Positions 51,438-61,436 are shown, counted from the stretch's first letter. The stretch is 64,000 bases of DNA from an uncultured Acidobacteriaceae bacterium (GCA_963826855.1 CAWGZE010000015.1:37174-101173); one strand, 5' to 3'. The notes: generated by a model not told the origin, from the letters alone. Numbers and translations: made by a program.

Positions 51438-52349
51438 ATGCGAAGAGGTTGGCTGAGAAGGTTGTTGCTGTGTCCGCCGCTGTTGTGCCTGCCGCTGATC
51501 ACAGGTTGTCTTTACCACACGCGGAAGCTACAGCCGGTGAAGCCGCCTGGGGTGGTCATGAATGCGGATGCGACCCTGCTGGCGAGCATTCTCAGCCGGA
51601 CATACGACTCCATCCAAACGTTGAGCGCGACGGTGGACCTTCAGGCTTCAGTTGGAGGGACCCAGAAGGGATCGGTCACCGATTACACTTCGTTTCGCGG
51701 ATTTATTCTTCTGCGCAAACCGGAGATGCTACGTGTGATAGGCCTGTTACCAGTGGTGCGGACCCAGGCCTTCGACCTGGTGAGCGATGGCAGCACCTTC
51801 AAGCTGTACATCCCCTCGAAGACAGAGGCGATCGAGGGCAAGAACTCGCTGACGGCAAAATCTCCAAATCAACTCTTGAACCTGCGTCCCAATATGTTCT
51901 TCGACTCGATGCTGATACGGAAGATTCAGCCGAACGACCAAGTGTTCCTGACCACGGACAACAATGTCATCCAGGACCTTAAGACGAAGAAGTACATAGA
52001 GGTGCGCGACTATCTGCTTTGGTTTGTCCGGGCCAAGACCGGAACCAGGGGGGCAAATACGATCCCTGAGTTGATTCCCGAGCGCCGCGTTCGCTTCAGC
52101 AGCGAGAATTTACAGCCGATTGAGCAAGTGGTCTACGACCAGGACGGCAAGCCCGAAACTGTGACGCTGTATGGGCCGTTGCAGACATTTGGGACGGAGA
52201 AGTTTCCCGGGACAATTACGATCAAACGTCCCCAGGAGGAATACCAGATCGTGATGACGATCCAAAAGCTGGTGCTGAACCAGACCCTGAAAGACGATCA
52301 GTTTCAGCTGGATATCCCAGAAGGGGTGAATATCCAAAAACTGGATTGA
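51438..52349 (+). CDS. LolA-like lipoprotein
   Basis: Lipobox LITGC; beta-rich; DDQFQLDIPEG C-terminus. Confidence 0.7.
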   Translation: MRRGWLRRLLLCPPLLCLPLITGCLYHTRKLQPVKPPGVVMNADATLLASILSRTYDSIQTLSATVDLQASVGGTQKGSVTDYTSFRGFILLRKPEMLRVIGLLPVVRTQAFDLVSDGSTFKLYIPSKTEAIEGKNSLTAKSPNQLLNLRPNMFFDSMLIRKIQPNDQVFLTTDNNVIQDLKTKKYIEVRDYLLWFVRAKTGTRGANTIPELIPERRVRFSSENLQPIEQVVYDQDGKPETVTLYGPLQTFGTEKFPGTITIKRPQEEYQIVMTIQKLVLNQTLKDDQFQLDIPEGVNIQKLD

Positions 52350-52386
52350 CGATTCGGGCGCAGGCCGCTGCAAGACCAGCTCGGAC

Positions 52387-53412
52387 TCACATCCGAAAGC
52401 GATCGAGGCCAGCATCGCGGGCGTGATCGGCGATGGCAGCGTTGATTTTCAGCGCCAGCGCGAGGGCCGCGCGGCCATCATGCCCGGAAACTCTGGGGAC
52501 GCTGCGACTGCGGACGCACTCGAGAAATGCCTCGATCTCCAAACGCAATGGTTCGCCGGCTTCGATGGGCGGCTTCGTGAAGCTAAGGCCGGGCATGGGT
52601 TTTCCGCCGGGAGCGACGTCGATGATGAGCAGGTCCTTGCGAGCGTAATCGATCGAGACATACTGATGGGGCTGGAAGAAGCGTAGTTTTCTGACGAGTT
52701 CGGTGCTGACGCGGCTGGCAGTGAAGTTTGCGACGCAGCCGGATTCGAATTCGAGGCGGACGTTGGCGATGTCGACCTTCTTCGAGAGGATTGGCAATCC
52801 GACGGCCCGGACCTCGCGGACGGGCGAGTTTGCCAGCTTCAGTACGATGTCGAGGTCGTGGATCATCAGGTCCAGGACCACATCGACATCGAGCGCGCGA
52901 GGCGTTAAGACGCTGAGGCGGTGGGCCTCGAAGAACATGGGGCTGTTCAGCAACGGCTCGACTGCGGTCACTGCCGGGTTGAAGCGCTCGAGATGACCGA
53001 CTTGAAGAATCCGTCCGGCGCGATCCGCCGTTGAGATCAAATGGTCGGCCTCCTCGACTGAGGCTGCGATCGGCTTTTCGATTAGGAGGTCAATTCCCTT
53101 TTCTAACAATCTCGAGGCCACCGAGAAGTGCGCTGAAGTTGGAACGCAGACCGAGGCGGCATCCACCTGAGAACCGGAGGTGAGGAATTCATCTACTGAA
53201 GAATATGCGGGAATCTGCCATTCTTCGGCAGCTCGGCCGGCATGGGTGGGGTCGGCATCGATTACGGCGGCCAGAGTGACAGGATGGCCAGCCGTCTCCA
53301 ACTCGCGGTAGACGCGAAGATGGTTCCTGCCAAAAGCCCCGGCGCCGAAGACCGCTACGCGGAGCCTGGATCGCGCGAAAGCGTTTGCGTAAGAAGGGCT
53401 TGGTGAAGACAA
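52387..53412 (-). CDS. Gfo/Idh/MocA oxidoreductase
   Basis: GAGAFG, EKP, GHLERFNP, DLMIHDLD. Confidence 0.95.
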   Translation of the reverse strand: MSSPSPSYANAFARSRLRVAVFGAGAFGRNHLRVYRELETAGHPVTLAAVIDADPTHAGRAAEEWQIPAYSSVDEFLTSGSQVDAASVCVPTSAHFSVASRLLEKGIDLLIEKPIAASVEEADHLISTADRAGRILQVGHLERFNPAVTAVEPLLNSPMFFEAHRLSVLTPRALDVDVVLDLMIHDLDIVLKLANSPVREVRAVGLPILSKKVDIANVRLEFESGCVANFTASRVSTELVRKLRFFQPHQYVSIDYARKDLLIIDVAPGGKPMPGLSFTKPPIEAGEPLRLEIEAFLECVRSRSVPRVSGHDGRAALALALKINAAIADHARDAGLDRFRM

Positions 53413-53420
53413 GGCGGTGA

Positions 53421-53636
53421 TTAGACCTTACCCTCGACCGCACGCAGGCACCGGGTGTAGAGCTCGAGGAGCTGGGCGATCTGGTCTTCCTGTTTCGGGG
53501 CGGTTGGCGCTGTGAAACCTGTCGAGGGCGTGGTCGATCGCCCCACGCCAGCTACCGATGAGACGAATTTCAGCAAATCAAGGGCGATGTCTTCGCTTCG
53601 GCGGCTTCCGCTAGGCGAATTCTGGGCCTGTTCCAT
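53421..53636 (-). CDS. small hypothetical protein
   Basis: GGAGG RBS; helical ORF abutting the next gene. Confidence 0.65.
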   Translation of the reverse strand: MEQAQNSPSGSRRSEDIALDLLKFVSSVAGVGRSTTPSTGFTAPTAPKQEDQIAQLLELYTRCLRAVEGKV

Positions 53637-53833
53637 GTACATCCTCCGGTTGGATGCTACCAAAGTTCGGAGAGTCGTGCCTGTTAAGGGCCGCCGTTGA
53701 CTGGGCCGCGTCGAAACTCCACAGAAATATCCCGATGTGCGGAAGCTGATGGCACGATCGCTTCGGATGAGAACAAGAGCGCGTGCTGAAGAAGAAGTAA
53801 TTCTGAAGTCCCCGCGCTCAATCAGCTCACGAA

Positions 53834-54550
53834 TTAGTGATCCACGATTGTCCGGAAAACCCGGCCCACGATGATGTCCGCGGAAGTCTGCCCGGGGGTG
53901 AGCGCGAGCAGTTCGGGTACGTGCTCGGGATTGCGAGTGCGCAAGACCAGGTGCCGATCGAGCAGCGCGACTAGGCGAAATCGCAACCGGTTAGCAATGC
54001 GAACGGCGTAGATCGTAGACCTGCCTGGGAGATACGCGAAGGTTGAGTTGTAGTGGCGATCGATCAGCACGATTGTGTTCATGGGCAGCAGCGGCTGCAT
54101 GAGCGCCGCTTCCTCCTCCCACATCTGGACCGCGACGAACCTGTCCCATCTGCGCCGCTCAGCCGAGCATTTATCGCGAAGGCTGCCGAGTAGTTGGCTG
54201 GGAACCTTCACCACGTCAATAATCGAACCTGAGGGGATGCGGATGCTCGAAGCGGCAATCAACGGCTCGATCAGAGGTACGGAGTCGAAGGATAGGGCCG
54301 CAGCCGGACGCCCCCCAAGCAAGGGCGGATAGCGGCCCTCAGAATATAACTCGGCGATAGTGAGGGATTGAGCCTGAAGCACTTTGTCCAGTGCGTCGAT
54401 GCTGAGTCTTCGGCGTCGCCTGAGGAAATTCGAGATGTGAGCTGCAGAGCAATTGACCTGGTGAGACAGCAAGGTAGCGTTAAGGCTTCCGTTTTCTATG
54501 CGGCGGAGCACCTCGGCCCGAACCCGTTCATGAAGTTGCGAAAAATTCAT
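53834..54550 (-). CDS. XRE-HTH plus degenerate S24-like domain repressor
   Basis: LSHQVNCSAAHISNFLRRRRRLS HTH; VPLI, MQPLL...IVLIDR, LVLRTRNP, IVGRV resemble a CI/LexA C-terminal domain. Confidence 0.8.
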   Translation of the reverse strand: MNFSQLHERVRAEVLRRIENGSLNATLLSHQVNCSAAHISNFLRRRRRLSIDALDKVLQAQSLTIAELYSEGRYPPLLGGRPAAALSFDSVPLIEPLIAASSIRIPSGSIIDVVKVPSQLLGSLRDKCSAERRRWDRFVAVQMWEEEAALMQPLLPMNTIVLIDRHYNSTFAYLPGRSTIYAVRIANRLRFRLVALLDRHLVLRTRNPEHVPELLALTPGQTSADIIVGRVFRTIVDH

Positions 54551-54690
54551 TGGGCCCGCGATTAACTCTGAGCTAAGTCAGCGACTGGATACCCGTAGCT
54601 TAAAGAAAATAAAACTGCGACTGTTTCCTGTTAAAACCGCAGGTAACCCCGCCGCGGCGTCGATTCAAGGTAAAGCCCGGAGCGGATTTA

Positions 54691-54719
54691 TTGACCTGAA
54701 GTTTCTCGAAAGATAGATT
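54691..54719 (+). promoter_or_regulatory. sigma70-type promoter
   Basis: TTGACC-N17-TAGATT. Confidence 0.7.
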
Positions 54720-54729
54720 CAGTTTCACC

Positions 54730-54848
54730 TTCGCACTCTTACAACCGCAAGCAGCCCTTCACGGAAGCACCTTCCGTTGGGCGATCCCACGCCCGGAACG
54801 GACCTGTCCGCAGCGGGCTGTGCGGATTCTGCGGTGTGAGTTGCGAGA
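54730..54848 (+). ncRNA. putative structured leader RNA (multi-stem junction)
   Basis: Nested complementary pairs found by eye: TCGCACTC/GAGTTGCGA, GCAGCCC/GGGCTGT, CGGAAG/CTTCCG, GGGCG/CGCCC, CGGA/TCCG. Confidence 0.5.
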
Positions 54849-55086
54849 CCGGGGAGCCGGAATGTCATTCAAGATCGGACGAGACGAACGATTCCCTCCA
54901 AGCAAGTCTCTTTTCCCACATCACGGATCTTCGACTACCTTGACGACGACTGAGATCGGAAGCGAAACGCCTCGCGCAGCTGTGCCGAAAGAGCCAACGC
55001 GCGTTGCCGGGAGCTTCCTCTTTCCCGCGGGAGGAGCACACAACGAGCGCCCCGCGTGCATACGCACTCTCATGAGGAATTTCACA

Positions 55087-55296
55087 ATGCACGTTCTTGT
55101 AGATTTGAAAATTTGTGAAAGCTGCGGCTCTCTTTGGTATCGGGCGGCGGGTCAGAATCACGTGTACTGCGGCAGCTGTGCCGCCAAGCTAGGCGAGTTC
55201 CCTCTTCCACGGGTTCGTACACGACCAGGCGGACGCCGGAAACACGCAGTCACCTCAATCGAACTCTTCCAGGTTCCGACCGGAGGTGGACGATGA
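55087..55296 (+). CDS. small Zn-finger protein with basic tail
   Basis: CESC...CGSC; GAGGAA RBS; ATGA overlap with next gene. Confidence 0.75.
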   Translation: MHVLVDLKICESCGSLWYRAAGQNHVYCGSCAAKLGEFPLPRVRTRPGGRRKHAVTSIELFQVPTGGGR

Positions 55297-55775
55297 GTGC
55301 GGCGCCGGTTTTGTATTCGGTGTTGGCGACGGCGCTGCCCAAGGGCCTGAAGGAGACTGTAAGAAGCAAGCCCATCGAGACTCTGGCGTTCTACCGAAAG
55401 TACACCGAGTGCTTGCTTCGGCAATATATGCAGCAGTCGCTTGAGCTAGGGAAAACGCCGTCCATTCTGGGAAACTGCGTATTCCGGGGCAAAGTGTCGA
55501 GCCGCCGACTCCGCAACTTCGAAGACGCAGTGATTTTTGTCTTCGACATCGAGAAATGTCTGAAGCGGCTGGACAAGTTTTCACAAGAGGTGGTCGCCCG
55601 GGTGGCCTTGCAGGAATATTCCCAGGTCGAAACAGCGGCAATGACGGGACAAAGCTTGCGCTCGATCGTGAGGAAGTATGCAGAGGCAATTGATAGGTTG
55701 ACGGAGATTTTCCTGGATTTTGAGCTACTGAACTTAGACCCAGGAAATTGTTGTCAAGGGGATAAAAGAGGCTAA
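55293..55775 (+). CDS. sigma70 region-4-like HTH protein (candidate late activator/antiterminator)
   Basis: LKRLDKFSQEVVARVALQEYSQVETAAMTGQSLRSIVRKYAEAIDRL; GGAGG RBS. Confidence 0.7.
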   Translation: MSAAPVLYSVLATALPKGLKETVRSKPIETLAFYRKYTECLLRQYMQQSLELGKTPSILGNCVFRGKVSSRRLRNFEDAVIFVFDIEKCLKRLDKFSQEVVARVALQEYSQVETAAMTGQSLRSIVRKYAEAIDRLTEIFLDFELLNLDPGNCCQGDKRG

Positions 55776-55880
55776 CTCGATTTAAGTCACTGAAACAGTT
55801 CGAGATAAAAAATTAAAAAAGTTGGCGTAGTGAAAGGGTCCAACTTGGTATTCTGAATATAGAGAGTAAATAAATAGCTG

Positions 55881-55914
55881 AAGGAGGCGCTAACCGCGTC
55901 TCCTTTTTGTTTTT
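55881..55914 (+). terminator. intrinsic terminator just upstream of the packaging genes
   Basis: GGAGGCGC-TAACC-GCGTCTCC followed by TTTTTGTTTTT. Confidence 0.8.
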
Positions 55915-55942
55915 GGTCACCAAATGAGTCGGGGAGATATCG

Positions 55943-56341
55943 GTGGAAGAAAAGATCGACAAAGAGGCTCCCGCGAAGAAAACTACGCTATCTAGGCGTA
56001 AATCAAAGATCCGATCAGCGCCTTCCAAAGTCCCAACTGAGAGTAGACCGGTGACTGATTTCCTGAGCCACACAAAAGGGCTCCTCACCGAACAGTTCGC
56101 GAACATCCTGGAAACGATTGTCGACAAGTCGCTTGAGGGAAGTCTTCCGCATACAAAGTATTTGTTCGAGATCGGTGGGGTGAAAGAGGAACTTCAGCGT
56201 CAGGTTCAAAACAACGGCGAGCCGACACTAGCGGAGCTGTTATTGGCCGAGGTGAAGAGACATCGAGATGCGGCAACATCGAGCCAGACATGCAGCGACC
56301 CAGCACAGCCAGGCAGCGAATGTGGAGCAAAAGCACAATGA
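55943..56341 (+). CDS. hypothetical protein, possible small terminase
   Basis: GGAG RBS; basic N-terminus, helical core; TerS role inferred from size and position only. Confidence 0.55.
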   Translation: MEEKIDKEAPAKKTTLSRRKSKIRSAPSKVPTESRPVTDFLSHTKGLLTEQFANILETIVDKSLEGSLPHTKYLFEIGGVKEELQRQVQNNGEPTLAELLLAEVKRHRDAATSSQTCSDPAQPGSECGAKAQ

Positions 56342-56414
56342 CGAATCACTCGACGGCGGAGTTCGAAGTGAAGAGCGAGGAACAGAGAGACTCCCTTTCA
56401 AGGCTGGACTTGTC

Positions 56415-59400
56415 TTGATCGTCCGGTACATAGCGACTCTCCTGATCCTGGCCGCTTGGCTCTCGGTAGCTGGCGGACAAACGCTATCCACTACGGCGAT
56501 TCAGGACACGGTCTACCGTGCAGACGGCACGCCGGCAAGCGGGACCTTGATCGTGAGCTGGCCGGCTTTTACCACCGCCGCAAACGCCGCGGTGGCGGCA
56601 GGGAGTACGACGGTTGCAATCGGGGCAAATGGATCGGTAGAGCTAAGCCTGGCGTCGAATGCCGGAGCTTTGCCGGGCGGCACTTACTACACTGCGGTGT
56701 ATCACCTAAACGATGGAACGGTAAACAAGGAGTACTGGATCGTCCCGGTCGCGGCAAGCACTACGATTGCAGAGATTCGGTCGCAGCTGGTTCCCGCCAC
56801 AGTCGCCATTCAGGCGGTCAGCAAGCAGTATGTGGACACGGCCATCTCCTCGATCACAGGCAGTTATCTGCCGACGACCGGAGGAACGATGACGGGATCG
56901 CTGCTCCTAAGCGGCGATCCGACTTCGGCGCAGCAGGCAGCGGACAAACATTATGTAGATGATTCCGTAGGGTCGCTTTTGCCGCTCTCCGGAGGCAGTC
57001 TGACCGGGCCGCTGAACCTGGCTGCCGATCCGACGGCGGCGTTGCAGGCCGCAACGAAAGAATATGTCGATGCCAACGCGGGTAACTCGTCGACCGCGCT
57101 GGCAGCGGCAAATGCAGCCCAGGCGACGGCCAATGCAGCGCTGCCGGCGAATAAAGTTGGGGTTGCCAGCGGTGTGGCGCCTCTGGACACAACGGCGCGG
57201 GTCCCGGCGGAAATGATGCCCACCACGTTTGCGGCGAATCTAGATACGGAGATCTACGCCGGGAGCCCCCCCTACGGCGCCTTATGCAATTGGAACGGCA
57301 CTACGGGCGCGGACGATACGACAGCGCTGCAGGCGGCGATCGCGGCGGCGGCGAATGCAGCAGCCTCGGAGACCTTTCAGCAGGGAACTCAAGTCGTTCG
57401 CATTCCGACCGGGACCTGCAAGATCAGCGGAGAACTGCGTATCCCGGAGAACATTAGTCTGCGTGGCATGTCGAGAGAGAGTTCGATCATTCAGCAAACC
57501 AGCCCTACAGCCAATGCGATCACGGTAACTCGCTGTTCTACATCTCTGCTGGGCGGTTGCGAAGGAGGTATTTACGACCTGACGATTGAGGGCAACGGCC
57601 ACAACTCGACTGGGACGCTTCTCGAGATGGATGCGATCGTGAGTTACAGCTTGCAAAACCTACGCCTGTTTAACGACGGGGGCCGAGGCATCCAGATCAA
57701 TGGCGGTAGTGAGCGACTCGATGTCCGCGACTTGACGATCATGATGACGCGCTGGCCCTTGATCCTTGCCGGAGCGATCAACGAAAGCTACTTCTACAAC
57801 ACCAGGGTGATGTACCCCGGGCTGACGGCGGATAACTACTGCTACAACGTGAATTGCGTGAATGGCGTGTATCCAACCTCGGGGTCAATCGCACCCGACC
57901 CGCACGGCGCTATCTATAGCACGGGGGGAACAAATGAGGGGTTTTACGGAGGCTCGATCAAACCTCTGCAGATGATGAGCGGATTCAAGACTTTCGTCTC
58001 AGAGACAACCACGGTGGACCACTTCTACTTTGAAGATGGATACGTGAATGCGGGCGTGATCGCCGGCGGAGTACCGGAGTGGACAACCACGACCGCGGCG
58101 ATGACTCCATCGAGCTTATTGGTCGCGGTACAGAGCACAGCGTGGATGCCCTATTACTACACCTCGCCGGGAGACGTCGCGACGACACAGCCGGCCGATA
58201 ACAGTTTTGTCATAATTCCCCCGGATTTCCTGTGGGGAAGCAGTGCGGCCTCGTCCCTAGGAGGCGGCATTACGCGGGGCACATATGAGTTGATCGCGGT
58301 GGCTGGTTTTGCCAGCGACGGCAACATGTATCTGGGCGTCGGTGGCAGGGGACAAAGCGGGACCACGGCAATCGCCTGGCCGGCCGGGGCGCTGGTCGAG
58401 ATCGTCGGCAGCGGCATTACGTTGTTCAAGGTCGCCAATTCTCATGTCAACGCTCAGGATGCGTTTTCCCAGTTGGGAGCGGCTGGCGCGAATTTGACTC
58501 GAAACTGCGACAACAGCGGGGTGAATACCTGCGCGGAGATCATCGGCGGGTATGTTCCCGACGGTCGGTGGGTGCAGCAACACGGCAGCCCGGGAGACTC
58601 CTTCACAGGCCCATCGGTGGCGATGGGTTTGTCAAACCTGCGTATGTTCAGCGGTGGCATATCCGGCCAAGGCCTGGTAGCTGTGCATAGCAATCTCGCG
58701 CTGACATTGGATGGCATGGCGGGCGGGCCTTCTTCCGGTGAAGGTTACAGCGTTCCCTATGGTGCGTCGATTCAAAATGTGACCGGAGGCGCGCTGGTGG
58801 CGCTGCCAACCTACCCGAATGGCCATCAGCCGAATTTTGGGTTGATGGACAACGGGAACAAGCGGACGAGCTCGACGAACGGCAACATTTACAAGCAGAC
58901 GATCGCAGTGTACGAAAGCGCTGCGCATACGAGCGTGGGAGACCAGATTGCGAACGAGTACGATCTGATGGACCAACCGTATGCTGCCGTCCCCGCCACG
59001 CCGACGGTCTCGTCAGGCGGGACGCTTCCCGCCGGCACCTACAGCGTGCGGGCCGCTTATACCTATGCAGGCGGGGTAGGTATCGTGTCCCCAAGCGTCA
59101 TGGTCACAGTCTCGGGAGGCCAGGAGTTCTCTGTGGCCTCGCCGCCGGTGGATGCGGCCGGTCTTGCAACGGGATGGAACATCTACATCGGGCCCTCGGG
59201 GAATGAGAACCTGCAAAACAGCGCGACGATCCCGATAGGCACAGCGTATGTGCAGAGTGCGGCACCTTCGACGACCCTGGGGATCGTGCCGCAAGGCTGC
59301 TCGGCTTTTTGTCATCCGCTGTATCGCTTCCAATTCCTGGGGGGACCGAACTACACGGGGACGAATGCGGGTATAGGGCTGCATCTGTGGAATCCCTCAA

Positions 59401-61436
59401 GCTCCACGTGGACGACGAAGTTCAGCGTGAACGGCAATGGCAATCTCTCGACCGTAGGTAGTGGGAGCTTTGCGGGCGGAATGAGCGTGGCAGGCGGCGA
59501 AACGGTGACCGGCGGCACTACCACTGACACATTGACGGCGAGCGGGAACGTAAGCGCGGCGCAACTGGCTTCGGGAACGGTGACTTCGGGCCAGATCAAT
59601 AAAGTCTTTTATGCGGATGGATACCCAACTGCGGGCTGCGTGGTGGGCGGCGCGACTTATACAACACAGCTCGACTGTGCGGCGGCGACCGCTGATGCGT
59701 GGATCACCGCGAACAACGCTGGAGCAAAGCTGATTCTCGGTTCGGGAACGTACACCACCTGCTCCGGCATTCTCTTACCTTCGCTCAATGGCTACTTCGG
59801 CACGTTGTCGATCCAGGGGGCGAGCCAGGAGCAGACAATCATCTCGCAGACTTGTGCAATCACGAACGCCGTCATCTATCACGCCGACGCGATCAACGGA
59901 AACCTGGGGCGGGTGTTGTTGCGGGACTTCAGGGTAAACGCCAATCAGAACGCGCCCTCATGCATGGACATCTTCGGGGTCAACGAGTCGAAGATCGAAA
60001 ACATCAATTGTTCGGGAGCGAATGGCACCGACCACTTCATGAAGATAGGCGATACTCCCGCGAATGGCAGCAATGGGCAGGTGTATCAGACTCCGGTCAG
60101 CAATGTATACATCACAGGCAATCCGCTGCCAAACTTTGCGTCCGTGACTGCAAACATTGTCGGAGGCTCGGTGACAAGTTACACCGTCACCACTGGCGGC
60201 AGCGGGTACGGGGCGAACAATCAGGTCTATCTCTTGGGGTATGGGTACAGCAAAAATCCCTGCGAGGTGATGCCGACCGCGACGGTAACGGTAGTCGGCG
60301 GAGTGGTGACAGCCGTGAACCCTGTCACCACAGGATCAAATTGCAGTGGGACCATTGCGGTGATGGTATCGAGTCTGCCGCCGGCGGCTTACGGCATCGT
60401 CTTTGGCAATTTCACGGACAGCACGCTTTACGACGTTGCGACGGGCGGAGTGGGAACGACGGCAGCCATCGAAGTCCTTGAAGGAGACAACGTCTTCTAT
60501 CACTTCCATCCGAACGGTTCGCCAATCGGCGTCTCCGACTATGGCAACGCCTACTACGGAACGGAGTGCGATTCGCTTTATCAGTATTGCTTCGACGTCG
60601 AGGGCGGGACCGGCATCTTTGGGACTACCTTCACCTGGAACAACGCGACCGCTTATCCGATGTCGGCGGGGTATTACATTTCGCCGAACGCCTTTAATGC
60701 AAAGATCCTGGGATCGGTGCAATGCCTGACGAATGTGCCTTCAGGATATGTGCAGTTCTGGAACCAGTATGGGCCGGTGACCTCGGCGCTTCCGTCCGGC
60801 GTGACGGTAATGGCCGACCGGGCTTGCTCCGGGACTTCGCAAACATTATTTGGCGAGCCAGTCTATTTGAATGCGACCAATCGGGCTACTTCGACGAATA
60901 ACTACTTTTCGCAGCCACTCTACTTCTCGGATTCATTCTGGAATAACATTGCTCCCGTCAACGATCCGTGGGAAGTGGTTGTCGGTGGTAGTACATCGGG
61001 AACGCCGACTTATGAGAATCTAAACTTCTATGCGCCGGTTGGCTTCTATAGTACCTTTCAGCCGAGCTTCAAGTTGAGTTACAATACGTCCGCAACAGCT
61101 TCGGTGAACTATAACTCGCCGGGATGGGACTTAAATGCGACCTATTGGGATGGGACACAATCGCAGTCGAGTGACTGGATTGTAAAGCAATCGCTGGCCT
61201 CGGGGTCGAATCCGGTCTCGACGCTGACCTTCACGCCGACCAAGACGGGGGCGACTGCCCTACAGGCGCAAGTGGTCGTACCGAGCCTGCAGGTCGTCCC
61301 GGGTACGGCCACTCAACCAGCGTGTAACGCGGGGAACCGGGCATTGCAGTGGTATGTCCAGGGGACACCGGACCACGAGCAGGTCTGCGCGCAGACGGCG
61401 ACAGCGGGAACCTATGTGTGGATCCAGGTGTTCTAA
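56415..61436 (+). CDS. large tail-fibre/tailspike-like protein with signal peptide and two beta-helix modules
   Basis: IVRYIATLLILAAWLSVAGG-Q; two LPxxGGxxTGxLxLxxDPT...KxYVD repeats; DDTTALQAAI...IPTGTCKI...LRG and a second KVFYADGY...LGSGTY...IQG module; start approximate. Confidence 0.8.
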   Translation: MIVRYIATLLILAAWLSVAGGQTLSTTAIQDTVYRADGTPASGTLIVSWPAFTTAANAAVAAGSTTVAIGANGSVELSLASNAGALPGGTYYTAVYHLNDGTVNKEYWIVPVAASTTIAEIRSQLVPATVAIQAVSKQYVDTAISSITGSYLPTTGGTMTGSLLLSGDPTSAQQAADKHYVDDSVGSLLPLSGGSLTGPLNLAADPTAALQAATKEYVDANAGNSSTALAAANAAQATANAALPANKVGVASGVAPLDTTARVPAEMMPTTFAANLDTEIYAGSPPYGALCNWNGTTGADDTTALQAAIAAAANAAASETFQQGTQVVRIPTGTCKISGELRIPENISLRGMSRESSIIQQTSPTANAITVTRCSTSLLGGCEGGIYDLTIEGNGHNSTGTLLEMDAIVSYSLQNLRLFNDGGRGIQINGGSERLDVRDLTIMMTRWPLILAGAINESYFYNTRVMYPGLTADNYCYNVNCVNGVYPTSGSIAPDPHGAIYSTGGTNEGFYGGSIKPLQMMSGFKTFVSETTTVDHFYFEDGYVNAGVIAGGVPEWTTTTAAMTPSSLLVAVQSTAWMPYYYTSPGDVATTQPADNSFVIIPPDFLWGSSAASSLGGGITRGTYELIAVAGFASDGNMYLGVGGRGQSGTTAIAWPAGALVEIVGSGITLFKVANSHVNAQDAFSQLGAAGANLTRNCDNSGVNTCAEIIGGYVPDGRWVQQHGSPGDSFTGPSVAMGLSNLRMFSGGISGQGLVAVHSNLALTLDGMAGGPSSGEGYSVPYGASIQNVTGGALVALPTYPNGHQPNFGLMDNGNKRTSSTNGNIYKQTIAVYESAAHTSVGDQIANEYDLMDQPYAAVPATPTVSSGGTLPAGTYSVRAAYTYAGGVGIVSPSVMVTVSGGQEFSVASPPVDAAGLATGWNIYIGPSGNENLQNSATIPIGTAYVQSAAPSTTLGIVPQGCSAFCHPLYRFQFLGGPNYTGTNAGIGLHLWNPSSSTWTTKFSVNGNGNLSTVGSGSFAGGMSVAGGETVTGGTTTDTLTASGNVSAAQLASGTVTSGQINKVFYADGYPTAGCVVGGATYTTQLDCAAATADAWITANNAGAKLILGSGTYTTCSGILLPSLNGYFGTLSIQGASQEQTIISQTCAITNAVIYHADAINGNLGRVLLRDFRVNANQNAPSCMDIFGVNESKIENINCSGANGTDHFMKIGDTPANGSNGQVYQTPVSNVYITGNPLPNFASVTANIVGGSVTSYTVTTGGSGYGANNQVYLLGYGYSKNPCEVMPTATVTVVGGVVTAVNPVTTGSNCSGTIAVMVSSLPPAAYGIVFGNFTDSTLYDVATGGVGTTAAIEVLEGDNVFYHFHPNGSPIGVSDYGNAYYGTECDSLYQYCFDVEGGTGIFGTTFTWNNATAYPMSAGYYISPNAFNAKILGSVQCLTNVPSGYVQFWNQYGPVTSALPSGVTVMADRACSGTSQTLFGEPVYLNATNRATSTNNYFSQPLYFSDSFWNNIAPVNDPWEVVVGGSTSGTPTYENLNFYAPVGFYSTFQPSFKLSYNTSATASVNYNSPGWDLNATYWDGTQSQSSDWIVKQSLASGSNPVSTLTFTPTKTGATALQAQVVVPSLQVVPGTATQPACNAGNRALQWYVQGTPDHEQVCAQTATAGTYVWIQVF

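Noticed and set aside
54820-55086. N-terminal extension of the Zn-finger ORF
   Set aside because: A better RBS and ATG at 55087; the upstream part looks like untranslated leader
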